From the NCBI GenBank assembly GCA_040989845.1, contig JAYMFZ010000004.1, positions 7,399,184 through 7,431,183 on the forward strand: a stretch of 32,000 nucleotides of DNA, written 5' to 3'. This document shows positions 30,703 through 32,000 of the stretch, in pieces; position 1 is the stretch's first letter, and each line of letters starts with the position of its first letter. The notes under the pieces were generated by a model. The model was not told the origin of the DNA. It saw only the letters and a program-made list of their open reading frames with translations, and made no database searches. Both the position numbers and the translations under genes were made by a program. The stretch comes from Streptomyces sp. WGS_02. Its GTDB lineage: Bacteria; Actinomycetota; Actinomycetes; Streptomycetales; Streptomycetaceae.

Positions 30703-31710
30703 TCACTCGGCGGAGAGCGCCTTGACGTAGTCGGCCAGGACGACGTCCGCCGCGAGCGGGCCGCCGCGCGTGGACCACACCGAGCCGTCGACGGTCACGG
30801 CCTGACCGTTCTTGACGGCTCCCAGCTCCTTGTAGGCGGGCTTGGACTGGACGTCCTTGAGCGCCTTCTCGCCGTCCGAGGTCAGCGTCGAGAGGAACAG
30901 CCAGTCGCCGTCGATCTCGTTGATCTTCTCCAGGCTCAGCGACGGCGTGTGCGCGTTGCCGTCCTTGTCCTGGGACTTGGGCCGCTTCAGCCCCATCTCC
31001 AGGGCGACGCCACTGGCGAACTGCTTGTTCTCCATCCAGCTGGGACCGTCCGGGTTCCAGCGGACGATGGAGACCTCGGCGCCCTTGTTCTTCCCGAGCT
31101 TCTCCCCGGCGGCCTTGGCGGCGGCCTCGTGGTCGGTGATGAACTTGTTGGCCGCGTCGAGCTTGTTGACCGCGTTGCCGACACCCCGGAAGAACAGCTT
31201 CCAGTCATCGGTCGGCGCCATCGTCACCAGCGTTGCCGGGGTGATCTCCCGCAGCTGCTTCAGCACCTGCTCGTCCTGCATGTCGCCGGCGAGGATCAGG
31301 TCGGGCTTCGCGGCGACGACCTTGTCCATGACCGGCTGGAGGAGGTTGCCCACGACGTTGACGCCCTCGACCTTGTCCGCCAGGTAGGCCGGCGGCTTGT
31401 CCAGGCCCTGCCCGTTGGTGATGCCGACCGGCTTGATGTCCAGCGCCAGCACCGCGTCCAGGTCCTCCTGGGTCAGCGTGACGATGCGCTTGGGCTCCGC
31501 CGGTATCTCCACGGCCTTGCCGGTGGCGTCCTTGACCGTACGGGTCGCGGAGGAGGTGCTGTCCGCCTTGCCGGCCTTCTCCCCGGAGGACTTGCCCGAG
31601 TCGGAGTCCGTCCCGCAGGCCGTCAGGAGGAGGGTGGCGGCGCCGAGCGCGGCGACGGCTTGCGCCGCTCTTCGGACGGCGGTGCGGGCGGGGCGGCTGT
31701 GCAGGTTCAT
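30703..31710 (-). CDS. Iron-siderophore ABC transporter substrate-binding lipoprotein
   Basis: From MNLHSRPARTAVRRAAQAVAALGAATLLLTACG (lipobox LTAC). KRIVTLTQEDLDAVLALDIKPVGITNG and KPDLILAGD are typical of the TroA-like/FepB family. The track start at 31836 over-extends. Confidence 0.93.
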   Translation of the reverse strand: MNLHSRPARTAVRRAAQAVAALGAATLLLTACGTDSDSGKSSGEKAGKADSTSSATRTVKDATGKAVEIPAEPKRIVTLTQEDLDAVLALDIKPVGITNGQGLDKPPAYLADKVEGVNVVGNLLQPVMDKVVAAKPDLILAGDMQDEQVLKQLREITPATLVTMAPTDDWKLFFRGVGNAVNKLDAANKFITDHEAAAKAAGEKLGKNKGAEVSIVRWNPDGPSWMENKQFASGVALEMGLKRPKSQDKDGNAHTPSLSLEKINEIDGDWLFLSTLTSDGEKALKDVQSKPAYKELGAVKNGQAVTVDGSVWSTRGGPLAADVVLADYVKALSAE

Positions 31711-31791
31711 CAAGGGCTCCGGGTTCAACGGGACATGAAGCGTCGACGGCCGTACGGTCACGCGCGGGCGGCCGTCGGCTCGTGAGCGAGC

Positions 31792-31810
31792 TAAGGTTAG
31801 CCTTACTTTA
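31792..31810. promoter_or_regulatory. Iron box between the binding protein and ABC ATPase genes
   Basis: TAAGGTTAGCCTTACTTTA; about 14/19 to the DmdR/IdeR consensus in a divergent intergenic region. Confidence 0.75.
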
Positions 31811-31859
31811 GCCCCATCGGGCAAAATGCTGTCCAAGTCCTTCGGAAAGGCCGGTCTCC

Positions 31860-32000
31860 GTGGAAATCCGTGTCGAACAGCTCACCGCTGGATACGCCGG
31901 TCATACCGCCGTGGATCAGGTCGACCTGACGGTTCCCTCCGGTCAGGTCGTGGCGATCGTCGGCCCCAACGGCTGCGGCAAATCGACCCTCCTGCGTTCC
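31860..32000 (+). CDS. Iron-siderophore ABC transporter ATP-binding protein, 3' end outside window
   Basis: GTG start, VEIRVEQLTAGYAGHTAVDQVDLTVPSGQVVAIVGPNGCGKSTLLRS with Walker A GPNGCGKST. Open to the end of the window. GGAAAGG lies upstream. Confidence 0.92.
   Translation, partial: MEIRVEQLTAGYAGHTAVDQVDLTVPSGQVVAIVGPNGCGKSTLLRS

Noticed and set aside
1-32000. Search for CRISPR arrays, tRNA/rRNA, transposases, integrases, phage genes and defence systems
   Set aside because: No spaced repeat array, no RNA gene signatures, and no ORF resembling mobile-element or defence proteins. The repeats found are terminators, operators or short tandem units.

Overview
High-GC actinomycete (Streptomyces-type) chromosomal window. 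Left part, about 1-11.4 kb: secreted alpha/alpha-toroid protein (partial), a RamB/ScfR-type regulator divergent from a glyoxylate-shunt block (aceA, aceB, 3-hydroxyacyl-CoA dehydrogenase), a secreted GH18 chitinase with DasR/chitinase-type operators, phosphoglucomutase, and an uncharacterised protein. Right part, about 11.6-32.0 kb: an iron-regulated catecholate siderophore locus. It holds dhbA/C/E/B plus a free-standing aryl carrier protein, a fused double FecCD permease, a Fes-type esterase, an MFS exporter, an MbtH-like protein, a dimodular C-A-T-C-A-T-TE NRPS, an M20 amidohydrolase, a siderophore-binding lipoprotein and the start of an ABC ATPase. By eye the second A domain has a Thr-type code and the first an acidic code compatible with Arg, so I infer a DHB-Arg-Thr trilactone of the griseobactin/streptobactin type. 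The pathway class is known. The points most worth following up are: (i) an M20 (hippuricase/AbgB-like) amidohydrolase divergent from the NRPS across an iron box, possibly a second siderophore-degrading step after Fes; (ii) four apparent frameshifts (pgm and three in the NRPS), each explained by one missing base in a G/C run, which suggests assembly error rather than gene decay; (iii) at least four DmdR/IdeR-like iron boxes at divergent promoters; (iv) a dyad chitinase operator and a direct repeat in the ramB-like/aceA intergenic region. I found no CRISPR array, tRNA, rRNA or mobile element.
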